Below the pieces are notes generated by a model, which saw only the letters and a list, made by a program, of their open reading frames with translations, made no database searches and was not told the origin of the DNA. Below are positions 53,555 through 61,718 of a DNA stretch of 61,718 nucleotides, in pieces. Each line of letters opens with the position of its first letter. Position 1 is the stretch's first letter. A program made the position numbers and the translations under genes. Origin of the DNA: Candidatus Rokuibacteriota bacterium (GTDB lineage: Bacteria > Methylomirabilota > Methylomirabilia > Rokubacteriales > DASRDR01); NCBI GenBank assembly GCA_044866005.1, contig JBIOTN010000220.1, positions 1 through 61,718 on the forward strand. The letters are read 5' to 3'.

Positions 53555-54399
53555 TGCGGCGGCCGTCCCGGCGGCTCACCTGGAAGATCGCGGTGCACCT
53601 CATGCTCGCGCCGTTTCTGATCTTCGCGCTGTTCCCCTTCTACCACATGGCGCTCACGTCGCTGAAAACGGACCGCGAGCTGTACGACCGGCAGGCGGTG
53701 CCGCTCCTCATCCGCCAGGGCGCGACGCTCCAGCACTACACGAAGCTCGTCTGGGAGACCGCCTTCCTCACCTGGACGAAGAACAGCCTGCTCGTTACGC
53801 TCCTCTCCACCGCGCTGTCGCTCGTCATCGGCACGATCGCGGCCTACGCCCTGGCGCGGCTCCGGTTCTTCGCGGTCGGGGGCTTCGGCACCGGCATCTT
53901 CGTCACGTATCTGGTGCCGACCTCGCTCCTGTTCCTCCCGCTCGCCCAGGTGGTGAACTGGCTCGGGCTCGGCGACTCGAAGTGGGCGCTGGTCGTGACC
54001 TACCCGACCTTTCTCGTGCCGTTCTGCACCTGGCTCCTCATGGGGTACTTCCGCACGGTCCCCAAGGAGGTCGAGGAGTGCGCGATGGTGGACGGCGCGA
54101 CCCGGATCCAGGCGCTCACGCGCATCGTCCTGCCGCTGGCGGTACCGGGGCTCGTCTGCGCGGCGCTCTTCGCGTTCACGCTCTCCTGGAACGAGTTCAT
54201 CTACGCGCTGACGTTCACCTCGTCGTCGGACCAGATCACGGCGAGCGTCGGGGTCACGAGCGACCTGATCCGGGGCGACATCTACTTCTGGGGCCCGCTG
54301 ATGGCGGGCGCCATTCTCGGGTCGGTGCCGATCGTGGTCCTCTACGTCTTCTTCCTCGACTACTACGTCTCCGGCCTCACCGCGGGCGCGCTGAAGTAG
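53554..54399 (+). CDS. Carbohydrate ABC permease (MalG type, second)
   Basis: TGATG overlap, YFRTVPKEVEECAMVDG, SWNEFIYAL, GLTAGALK. Confidence 0.92.
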   Translation: MRRPSRRLTWKIAVHLMLAPFLIFALFPFYHMALTSLKTDRELYDRQAVPLLIRQGATLQHYTKLVWETAFLTWTKNSLLVTLLSTALSLVIGTIAAYALARLRFFAVGGFGTGIFVTYLVPTSLLFLPLAQVVNWLGLGDSKWALVVTYPTFLVPFCTWLLMGYFRTVPKEVEECAMVDGATRIQALTRIVLPLAVPGLVCAALFAFTLSWNEFIYALTFTSSSDQITASVGVTSDLIRGDIYFWGPLMAGAILGSVPIVVLYVFFLDYYVSGLTAGALK

Positions 54400-54427
54400 G
54401 CGCCCTGCCCGCGCGGTGGAGTTCGCC

Positions 54428-54691
54428 GTGGCTACGGAACAGAAGGTCGGCACGGTCAGCGATTACTTCGCGAAGATCGGCGTTGCGGCGGTCCGGCTCA
54501 CCGACGGCGCCCTGCAGGTCGGCGATACGGTCCGGATCCGCGGCCACACGACCGACCTCACCCAGCCGGTGGAATCGCTCCAGATCGAGCATCGCGCCGT
54601 CGACCGGGCCGAGGTGGGGAGCGAAGCGGCCCTGAAGGTCCGCGAGCGGGTCCGCAAGCACGACGACGTCTACCGCGTCACCGAGCCCTGA
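54428..54691 (+). CDS. Translation-elongation-factor-like beta-barrel protein (resembles EF-Tu domain II / U32 C-terminal domain)
   Basis: KVGTVSDYFAKIGVAAV.L....LQVGDTVRIRGHTTD.TQ.VESLQIEH..V..A..G....LKV..RVR..D.VY. GGAG SD precedes GTG at 54428. Confidence 0.8.
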   Translation: MATEQKVGTVSDYFAKIGVAAVRLTDGALQVGDTVRIRGHTTDLTQPVESLQIEHRAVDRAEVGSEAALKVRERVRKHDDVYRVTEP

Positions 54692-54786
54692 GCGCCCGCG
54701 GGCGGGGCGAGGCTCCGACCCCCGCAACAGCTAGGGTGTAAGCCGCCGCCTCCCGTGCGCATGACCGCAACGGTCACAGGGTTCCG

Positions 54787-54856
54787 CTCCGAGCGGCGGC
54801 TCCGCCGCCGCCACCTCCCGGGGGGTTCATCAAAGGGGGGCAACGCCCCCCTTTGA
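54787..54856. repeat. Multi-hairpin intergenic REP-like element, copy B (diverged)
   Basis: CTCCGA-GCGGCGGC-TCC-GCCGCCGC, then CCTCCCGGGGGG, then a perfect 12-bp stem TCAAAGGGGGGC-AAC-GCCCCCCTTTGA. Confidence 0.65.
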
Positions 54857-54862
54857 AGGACA

Positions 54863-55582
54863 CTAGCGGCCGAAGGCCTCCAGCAGGCCGTCGGCGCAGA
54901 TCCGCCGGGCGGTGATCGCGCGGCGCATGGCGAGCCGCCCGCGCGCCTGCTCCTCGTCGCTGACCGCCAGCCTCGACAGGATCCGCACGGCCCGCTCGGC
55001 GTGGTCGGCCTCGACCGCCACGTGGACGTCGTAGAACTCGAGCGCGTCGCGCGCCACCCCGTACTGCTTCTCCATCGCCACGGCCATCCGCTGCATGTGG
55101 ATCGGGTTGATCGACTCCGTCGCGATGTTCCCGCCGCAGAGCGCCTCGAGCGTGGAGGAGCGCTGGAGGAGGAAGAGCTCGTTCTTCTCGATGATGGTGG
55201 TCGGCAGGTACTCCGTCCCGAAGACTTCCTGGCGCGAGATCCCGAGTCCCTCGCACAGGCGGACGAAGAGGAGGGCGTGCGCGGTCGTCTTGCCGCCGAC
55301 CATGTCCTCGCCCCCCTCCTCGACGACGAGCGGGATGAGGGACCGCTGGCGCTCGAGATCTTCCAGGGTCGGGGTGTAGCCGCCGACGGAGATGATCTTC
55401 CACGCCGCGTGCCGGAGCGTGTCGAGGAAGAAGCAGCCCTGCTGCCGGATCACGCTCTGGAGCCGGCTCCGGCCGAGCCGGCCGTCGTAGATCATCTTGA
55501 AGAGTGGATGGTGCAGCCAGGGGTGCGTCTCTCGCGCCTCCTGGAGCAAGGACGCGGCGAAGGCGGCCGGCGGAAGCGCCAT
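54863..55582 (-). CDS. Heme-oxygenase-like iron-containing redox enzyme (TenA/PqqC/CADD-like)
   Basis: HPWLHHPLF, VEEG....AHALLF.R..EGLG, ATES, FYDVHVAVEADH, giving candidate dimetal ligands E, H, E, H, E, H. Confidence 0.8.
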   Translation of the reverse strand: MALPPAAFAASLLQEARETHPWLHHPLFKMIYDGRLGRSRLQSVIRQQGCFFLDTLRHAAWKIISVGGYTPTLEDLERQRSLIPLVVEEGGEDMVGGKTTAHALLFVRLCEGLGISRQEVFGTEYLPTTIIEKNELFLLQRSSTLEALCGGNIATESINPIHMQRMAVAMEKQYGVARDALEFYDVHVAVEADHAERAVRILSRLAVSDEEQARGRLAMRRAITARRICADGLLEAFGR

Positions 55583-55595
55583 CGGACTCCCCCGG

Positions 55596-57287
55596 TCAGG
55601 CGACCGGGCGCAGCACCCGGCCGGGCGGCGGCCCCTCGGGCGACGCGGGCAGGCGGCCCTCGCGGATCACCGCGCGCCCGTTCACGAACGACCACACGAT
55701 CCCGCTGGCCCGCTGGACGAGCCGCGGTCCGCCGTCGGGCAGGTCGTGGACCAGCTCGGGCGGGTGGTCGGTGATCGCCGCCGGGTCGAAGACGACGACG
55801 TCGCCGGCGAGCCCGGGCGCCAGCCGTCCCCGGTCGGCGAGCCCGAAGAGCTCGGCGGGCATGGACGTGATCCGCCGCACCGCGTCCTCGAGCGAGAGGG
55901 CGCCGCGCTCCCGCACCCAGTGGCCCAGGAGGCGGCTGGTCTGGCCGGCCTCGCAGAAGAGCGTCAGGTGGGCCCCCGCGTCGGAGAGGCCGAGCAGCGT
56001 GAGCGGGTGGGTGAAGATCTCGGCGACGGCCGCCGCGTCGGTGTTGACGATGGCGACGGTGAAGCGGGTCTTGAGGTCGTCGGCCAGGGCGAGATCGAAG
56101 AAGGCGTCGACGATCTCCCTCTCCATCGTCCGGGCGACGGCCGCCAGGGTCTGGCCCACGAAGGGCTCGAAGGCGGGCGAGCCCACCGCGTGGACGCGCA
56201 GCGGGGAGGCGTCGCCCGTGAAGAGCGCGGACCGGCCGACGCTCGCGCGGAACTCGGCGCGGAACCCGGGATCCCGGAACAGCGCCCGCCAGTCGCTGAA
56301 CGGCCGCTCCAGCACGCGCCGCCACACGGGGAAGCGGTAGAAGACGAACGGCCCGGTGAGGTCGAAGGTGGCGGTCAGCGGCGAGCAGGTGCCCTGGGGA
56401 TAGATGGAGAGCCCGTCCCGGTGGAGCGCCTCGATGCGGGCGAGCACCCGGCGGTGCTCGTCGGGGCTCAGCGGGTTGTGGCGGATGGAGACCAGCGTGA
56501 CGGGCCGGCCGCCGGCGCGGGCCAGCTCGGCGAACCGCTCCACCTCCGCGACCCGGTCGGCGCGCGTGCCGCCGATCGTCAGCTCGAGGATGCCGCGCCC
56601 GGTCTGGCCCATCGCCGCGCAGAGCCGCGTCAGCTCCTGCTCCTCCCCGAGCCGGCTCGGCACGGGCCGGCCGCGGTCGCCGACATGGTTCGAGTTGGCC
56701 GACGAGGACAGCCCCACGGCGCCCGCCGCCATGGCCTCGCGGACGAGCGCCGCCATGCGGTCGATCTCGGCGGCGGAGGCCGCGCGCTCCCACGAGGCGG
56801 CGCCCATCACGTACTGCCGGATCGCCGAGTGGCCGACGAGCGCGCCGACGTTCACCCAGAGCCCGCCGCGCTCCAGCGCGTCCAGGTACTCGCCGAAGCT
56901 CTCGAAGTCCCAGCGGATGCCCTTCCGCATCGCCTCGAGCGACATGCCCTCGACGTACTGGAGCATGCGCATCATGGTCTCGCGGTCCCCGGGCCGGCAG
57001 GGCGCGATGGTAAAGCCGCAGTTGCCGGTCACGACCGTCGTGACGCCGTGCCAGGAGGAGCAGGAGGCGAGGGGGTCCCAGGTGAGCTGGGCGTCGTAGT
57101 GGGTGTGAGGATCGATGAACCCCGGGGCGACCGCGAGCCCGGCCGCGTCGATCTCCTGCCCGGCGCGGGCGGTCACCCGCCCGACCTGCACGATCCGGCC
57201 GTCGGCGACGGCGACGTCGGCGGGGCGTGGTGGTGCGCCGGTCCCGTCGACGACGAGGCCGCCGCGGATCACGAGGTCGTGGGTCAT
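55596..57287 (-). CDS. Amidohydrolase, N-acyl-D-amino-acid deacylase family
   Basis: DLVIRGGLVVDGTG, APGFIDPHTHYD, HGVTTVVTGNCG, SDAGAH, DRGRL.PG..GDVVVFDP. Confidence 0.92.
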   Translation of the reverse strand: MTHDLVIRGGLVVDGTGAPPRPADVAVADGRIVQVGRVTARAGQEIDAAGLAVAPGFIDPHTHYDAQLTWDPLASCSSWHGVTTVVTGNCGFTIAPCRPGDRETMMRMLQYVEGMSLEAMRKGIRWDFESFGEYLDALERGGLWVNVGALVGHSAIRQYVMGAASWERAASAAEIDRMAALVREAMAAGAVGLSSSANSNHVGDRGRPVPSRLGEEQELTRLCAAMGQTGRGILELTIGGTRADRVAEVERFAELARAGGRPVTLVSIRHNPLSPDEHRRVLARIEALHRDGLSIYPQGTCSPLTATFDLTGPFVFYRFPVWRRVLERPFSDWRALFRDPGFRAEFRASVGRSALFTGDASPLRVHAVGSPAFEPFVGQTLAAVARTMEREIVDAFFDLALADDLKTRFTVAIVNTDAAAVAEIFTHPLTLLGLSDAGAHLTLFCEAGQTSRLLGHWVRERGALSLEDAVRRITSMPAELFGLADRGRLAPGLAGDVVVFDPAAITDHPPELVHDLPDGGPRLVQRASGIVWSFVNGRAVIREGRLPASPEGPPPGRVLRPVA

Positions 57288-57417
57288 GGGAGCCCTCCGG
57301 GTTGCTCCGATCGTATCACACGGCCCGTCCGCTGGCCGATGCCGGCGGCGCGCGCCGCACCGGCGCCGGCCGACCCCCGGGCCAGGGGCTTGACGCCGCG
57401 CCGCCGCGAGTGGTCTC

Positions 57418-58620
57418 ATGGCGCCTACGTCCTCGCTGCGCGCCAACCCCCGCCTCCTCGTCGCGCTCTCGGCCCTGCAGTTCGCGATCTTCCCGATCCC
57501 GGTCATCACGCTCTTCTGGACGGACCAGATCGGAATGTCCCTCACCGACGTCATGGTCCTGCAGGCCGTGTTCGGCCTGGCGGTGGTGCTCCTCGAGCTC
57601 CCGTCGGGCTACCTCGCCGACCGGGTCGGCTACCGGGCGTCGCTCGTCGTGGGGGCCGTCCTCTGGGTCATCGGGTGGGTCGCCTACGCGCGCGGCGCGA
57701 CGTTCGGGTCGATGGTCGTCGCCGAGGTCGTGCTCGGAGCGGGCAGCGCGTTCGTCTCGGGGGCCGACCGCGCGCTCCTCTGGGTCTCGCTCGAGGCGAC
57801 GGGCCGCGGCCGCGAGTACACGCGCTGGGAGGGCCGCGCGCGCGCCGCGTCGCAGGGCAGCGAGGCGCTGAGCGCCGCCGCCGGTGGCTGGCTCTACGCG
57901 CAGGCGCCCCGGCTCCCCTTCTGGGTCCAGGTGCCGATCGCGGCGCTGGGGCTCCTGTCGGCGGTCGCCCTGCGGGAGGCGCCCCGGCTCCCGACCGGGC
58001 GGCCGCCCTCGCACCTGCGCCGGGCGCTCTCCATCGTGGGCTTCGCCCTCTGGCGCCACCGCCGGCTCCAGGCCGCGATGGCCCTCGCCGTCACGCTCGG
58101 GCTCTCGAGCTTCGTGATGGTGTGGCTCATCCAGCCCTTCATGCAGGGCCGCGGCATCCCGCCGGGCTGGTTCGGGCCGGTGTGGGCGGGCGCGCACCTC
58201 TGGCTCGCGGCCGTGTCGCTGGCGAGCGCCCGGATCGTCGCGGCTCTCGGCGTGCGCGCCACGCTCGTGGGGTGCTGTCTCCTCGTGCCGCTCGGCTACG
58301 CGGGCCTGGCGGCGATCCCGTCGGCGTGGGCGACCGCCTTCTACCTCTGCTTCATGACGCTCCGGGGCCTCCAGGGGCCGATCCTCGCCACCGTCATGCA
58401 GGAGGACGCGCCCGGCGAGGACCGCGCGAGCGTGCTCTCGCTCGCCGCCCTCCTCTTCCGGCTGGCGTTCGTCGTCGTCGGACCGCCGGTGGGCGCGCTC
58501 GTCGACCGCGCGGGGATGGAGGCGGCGCTCGCCGGGCTGGCGGTCCTGTTCACGGCCGGCAGTCTCGCCGCGCTTGCCTTGTTCGTGCACGCACACGGCA
58601 GACCGGCCCACCGGGCTTGA
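57418..58620 (+). CDS. MFS transporter
   Basis: About 12 TM segments, ELPSGYLADRVGYR, AFVSGAD.ALL, DRASVLS. Confidence 0.9.
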   Translation: MAPTSSLRANPRLLVALSALQFAIFPIPVITLFWTDQIGMSLTDVMVLQAVFGLAVVLLELPSGYLADRVGYRASLVVGAVLWVIGWVAYARGATFGSMVVAEVVLGAGSAFVSGADRALLWVSLEATGRGREYTRWEGRARAASQGSEALSAAAGGWLYAQAPRLPFWVQVPIAALGLLSAVALREAPRLPTGRPPSHLRRALSIVGFALWRHRRLQAAMALAVTLGLSSFVMVWLIQPFMQGRGIPPGWFGPVWAGAHLWLAAVSLASARIVAALGVRATLVGCCLLVPLGYAGLAAIPSAWATAFYLCFMTLRGLQGPILATVMQEDAPGEDRASVLSLAALLFRLAFVVVGPPVGALVDRAGMEAALAGLAVLFTAGSLAALALFVHAHGRPAHRA

Positions 58621-58721
58621 CGCCTCGGCGCCGCGGATGCTTTATTGCCGGCGAGGGACGACGTCGCGCGCGGGGACGAGGCGCGGCCGACCGAGCCGAC
58701 CGGAAGGGCGTGGAGGCGAGG

Positions 58722-59390
58722 ATGCTCCGACTGCGGGCGGCCGTGCTGGTCATCGCGCTGGCGGCGCCGTCCCTGGCCCGGGCGAACGGGGAGTCGGTCC
58801 TCGGCCCGCCCACCACGTTCGAGCGCTTCGTGCTCTCCGCCTGCTCTCCCTGCGTCAGGGAGTCGTACCCCGTCGCCTCGCTGGCCATCGCCCCGCCCAC
58901 GCTGGCCGGATTCCCCCAAGGGGTGGCCCGCGCCCTCTCCCGGCCGGGCGAGATCGTGATCGAGGTCCTGCGGGCCCAGCAGCTCGGCCGGCGGGACTGG
59001 ACGTCCCTCGCCCTGCGGGTGAGCCTGGCGGTGAAGGGCGGCCAGGACGGCGAGATGTTCCGGCTCGGCGTCGGCCTCCTGGACGCGGCGGAAGTGCGCG
59101 CGCTCGTCAACGCGGTCGGCGAGATGGCGGCGATCGCGGCCGCGCCGCCGGCCAACGCCCGCGCCGAGAGCAGCGACGTCGACTTCCACGGGGGCTCGTT
59201 GCGCGTCGGCGTGCTGCGGATCCGCGGCGACAGTGTCGCGTACGTGCAGACCGGTGACCTGACGCTGCTCATGCAGCGGGCCGTCTGGGAGGTGCCGACG
59301 ACCCTCTATCTGGGGATCAGGGACCTGTCGGGGCTCGCCGCCGCGCTGAGCCAGGCCATGGCCACGCTGGAGAGCGTGCGGGGCAACTGA
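58722..59390 (+). CDS. Exported hypothetical protein (222 aa) with CxxC
   Basis: GGAGG SD, signal peptide ending ARA, ACSPC near the N-terminus. Confidence 0.7.
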   Translation: MLRLRAAVLVIALAAPSLARANGESVLGPPTTFERFVLSACSPCVRESYPVASLAIAPPTLAGFPQGVARALSRPGEIVIEVLRAQQLGRRDWTSLALRVSLAVKGGQDGEMFRLGVGLLDAAEVRALVNAVGEMAAIAAAPPANARAESSDVDFHGGSLRVGVLRIRGDSVAYVQTGDLTLLMQRAVWEVPTTLYLGIRDLSGLAAALSQAMATLESVRGN

Positions 59391-59415
59391 GGCCGGAGGC
59401 GTCCACGCCTTGAGC

Positions 59416-59772
59416 ATGGCGCGCGTCCGTCGGCTCGTGTGGCCGGCGCTGCTCGTCCTGGTCGCCGTCGCCGGTGCGTCCGGGGCCTGGGCCGAGCCGC
59501 GGGTCATCGCGCTCGCGCTCCGCGACGGCCGGCTTCCGGACGGCCAGCGGGTCATCCGGGTCCAGCAGGGCGACGAGGTCACGCTCACGTGGACGAGCGA
59601 TCGGCCGTTCACGCTCCACCTCCACGGCTACGACATCGAGGAGACGATCGCGCCCGGGAAGCCGCTGGCGATGCGCTTCACGGCCCGCGCCACCGGCCGG
59701 TTCCCCATCGAGACCCACGACAGTCGCGGGCAGGAGCGGACGGTCGGCTATCTCGAGGTGCACCCCCGCTGA
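59416..59772 (+). CDS. Exported cupredoxin-fold protein lacking the type-1 Cu Cys
   Basis: Signal peptide ending AWA, IRVQQGDEVTLTWTSD..LHLHGYD, F.A.ATGRFPIETH, GYLEVHP. Confidence 0.75.
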   Translation: MARVRRLVWPALLVLVAVAGASGAWAEPRVIALALRDGRLPDGQRVIRVQQGDEVTLTWTSDRPFTLHLHGYDIEETIAPGKPLAMRFTARATGRFPIETHDSRGQERTVGYLEVHPR

Positions 59773-61301
59773 TCCCGGCCCGACACCGGACGTCGCTGGC
59801 GGTCGGGACGATCCTGTCGCTGGGCGCGCCTCGCCCCGTCCTCGCGCACGGCTTCGGCCAGCGCTACGACCTGCCGATTCCGCTGTGGCTCTGGGTCACG
59901 GCCGCCGCCGCGGCGGTCGCCCTGTCCTTCGTGATCATCGGCCTCTTCGTCAGGGCGCACCCCGGGGCCCGCGGGTACCGGCGCCTGAACCTGCTGCGCT
60001 TCCGCGCCGGCCGGTGGCTCGCCGACGGCCGCGTGCGGCGCGCCGCCCGCGGGCTCGCCGTCGGGCTCTCCGCCCTGGTCCTGGCCGCCGGCCTCTTCGG
60101 GAACCAGAGCCCGACCCGGAACATCGCCCCGACGGCCGTCTGGGTCGCGTGGTGGGTCGGCTTCGCCTATCTCTCCGCGCTCGCGGGGAACCTGTGGGCG
60201 GTGGTGAATCCCTGGGCCGCGATCTTCCGCGGGGCGGAGGCGCTCCTCGGGTCCCGCCGCGCGCCGCTCCGGTATCCGGCGTGGCTCGGCGCCTGGCCGG
60301 CCGTCGTGCTCTTCGCGACCTTCGCCTGGGTCGAGCTGATCTTCACCGGGCGGTCGATCCCGCGTGCCCTCGGGCTCCTGATCGTCGGCTACTCGCTCGT
60401 CACCTGGACGGGCATGGCGCTGTTCGGGCGCGCCGCCTGGCTACGCCACGGCGACCCCTTCGCGGTCGCCTTCGGCGTGCTCGCCCGGTTCGCGCCGACG
60501 GAGGTCCGCGTCACCGACGGGGACGCCTGCCGGCGGTGCCCGCTGCCCTGCCCGGGGCCGGCGGGTAGCTGCGTGGACTGCGGAGAGTGCGTCGAGCGCG
60601 CCCTGCCGTCCCGGCGGGAGTGGAACGTGCGACCGTTCGGCGCGGGGCTCCTCAATACCGGCGACATCTCGCCGTCGATGGTCCTGTTCGTGCTCCTCTT
60701 GCTCGCGACCGTGACCTTCGACGGGCTCACAGCGACGCCCGCCTGGTCCCGGCTGGAGCGGGCCCTCTACGCGGCGCTGGCGCCGCTGGGGGACGCGCGG
60801 CTCACCGTGATCGGGACCCTGGGGCTGGTGACCCTGCCGCTCGTCTTCCTGCTCGTCTATCTCCTCTTCGCGCGCGGCATGGCGTGGGCGGCCGGCGACG
60901 AGCTCTCCACGGGCCGGGTGGCGCGCCTCTTCGTGCTCTCGCTCGTGCCGATCGCGATCGCCTACCACCTGGCCCACTACTTCACGTACCTCTTGATCCA
61001 GGGCCAGCTCATGATCCGGCTCGTCTCCGACCCCCTGGGGCTCGGGTGGGACCTGTTCGGCACCGCGCGGTACCGGCCCGACATCGGGATCGTGGGCGCG
61101 CGCTTCGTCTGGTACACGGCGGCCATCGCCATCGTGGTCGGACACGTCATCGCCGTCTACGTGGCCCACGTCGTCGCCCTGCGCGAGTTCCGGGACCGAC
61201 GCGCGGCGCTCCAGAGCCAATTGCCGATGCTGGTGCTGATGGTCGGGTACACGGCGGTGAGTCTCTGGATCATCGCCCAGCCCATCGTGGAGACGCGTTA
61301 G
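59769..61301 (+). CDS. Polytopic membrane protein (HGFGQRYDLP family) with a Cys-rich insertion; start uncertain (CTG overlapping the upstream stop)
   Basis: LA-HGFGQRYDLPIPLW, GNLWAVVNPW, GDPF..F, CRRCPLPC......CVDCGEC, SLVPIAIAYHLAHY, SDPLG.GWDLFGT, GHVIAV..AH, QLPM..LMV.YT..SLWI. Confidence 0.8.
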   Translation: MIPARHRTSLAVGTILSLGAPRPVLAHGFGQRYDLPIPLWLWVTAAAAAVALSFVIIGLFVRAHPGARGYRRLNLLRFRAGRWLADGRVRRAARGLAVGLSALVLAAGLFGNQSPTRNIAPTAVWVAWWVGFAYLSALAGNLWAVVNPWAAIFRGAEALLGSRRAPLRYPAWLGAWPAVVLFATFAWVELIFTGRSIPRALGLLIVGYSLVTWTGMALFGRAAWLRHGDPFAVAFGVLARFAPTEVRVTDGDACRRCPLPCPGPAGSCVDCGECVERALPSRREWNVRPFGAGLLNTGDISPSMVLFVLLLLATVTFDGLTATPAWSRLERALYAALAPLGDARLTVIGTLGLVTLPLVFLLVYLLFARGMAWAAGDELSTGRVARLFVLSLVPIAIAYHLAHYFTYLLIQGQLMIRLVSDPLGLGWDLFGTARYRPDIGIVGARFVWYTAAIAIVVGHVIAVYVAHVVALREFRDRRAALQSQLPMLVLMVGYTAVSLWIIAQPIVETR

Positions 61302-61355
61302 CTTCCGACGGCGGGACGACTCGGCGTCGCACCGCGTCCGGAAAGGAGAGCCGAC

Positions 61356-61697
61356 ATGAAGACGGCGCTGGTGGCGGTGGCGCTCCTCGCCGGGGCGCTG
61401 GCCCCGGCCGCGGCCGAGGCCCAGCTCCCCGTGAGCCAGGTGATCCTCGAGAACCCCTCGGTCCGCATCACGGTCCTGACGTTCGTGCCGGGCGGCGCCA
61501 CCGGCCGCCACCAGTCGATCGAGTCGGAGATCGGGATCCTCATCGAGGGCGAGCTGACGGTCGAGAGCCCGACCGGACGCCAGCCCCTGCGCCCGGGGTC
61601 CGCCTACTGGATGCCCGGGCTCACCCCCCACGACGTGCGGAACGAGTCGACCCGCCCCGCGAAGATGTGGGACGTCTTCCTCAAGCGCTGCGATTAG
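61356..61697 (+). CDS. Exported cupin-domain protein
   Basis: Signal peptide, PGGATGRH...E....IEGEL, PG..HDVRN. Confidence 0.82.
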   Translation: MKTALVAVALLAGALAPAAAEAQLPVSQVILENPSVRITVLTFVPGGATGRHQSIESEIGILIEGELTVESPTGRQPLRPGSAYWMPGLTPHDVRNESTRPAKMWDVFLKRCD

Positions 61698-61700
61698 TGT

Positions 61701-61718
61701 CGGAGGGGGCCTCGACGG
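61701..61718. repeat. Partial third copy of the hairpin element, cut by the window end
   Basis: CGGAGGGGGCCTCGACGG is the exact 18-nt reverse complement of 25435-25452. It starts 3 nt after the cupin stop. Confidence 0.65.

Noticed and set aside
54863..55582. Calling this gene pqqC or tenA
   Set aside because: There are no pathway neighbours and the motifs support only the superfamily level.

Overview
A very GC-rich bacterial window with about 55 real genes. The many TTT/ABC transporters, the Tat-exported binding proteins and a sigma-54 activator-STAND-TPR fusion suggest Ca. Rokubacteria (Methylomirabilota), but this is inference only. Left to right it contains: (1) a double tctABC catabolic operon and ABC binding proteins; (2) an accessory stretch with an LVIVD propeller, a SFEDLL helical-repeat protein, a sigma-54-driven TPR protein, a polysaccharide lyase-like protein, DUF1989 and hicB with a deleted hicA; (3) a CocE/NonD hydrolase, a split peptide ABC system and a decayed ParE-like TA pair; (4) an ATP-sulfurylase::sulfite-reductase fusion whose Sat half has lost its catalytic motifs; (5) a HEPN/AbiU2-like gene and two small genes with sigma-54 promoters, divergent from a giant sigma-54 activator; (6) a seven-gene two-component cluster containing an atypical H-NOX; (7) nitroreductase, a shredded MBL pseudogene and DUF362; (8) two tandem sugar ABC sets lacking an ATPase; (9) a heme-oxygenase-like oxidase, amidohydrolase and MFS; (10) a cupredoxin plus Cys-rich membrane protein, and a cupin. 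A structurally conserved multi-hairpin intergenic element occurs twice in full, with a partial copy at the window end. The top candidates for new biology are the pseudo-Sat/Sir fusion, the H-NOX variant module, the SFEDLL repeat protein and the hairpin element. No rRNA, tRNA, CRISPR array, transposase or integrase was seen. All family calls come from motif recognition by eye; no searches were run.
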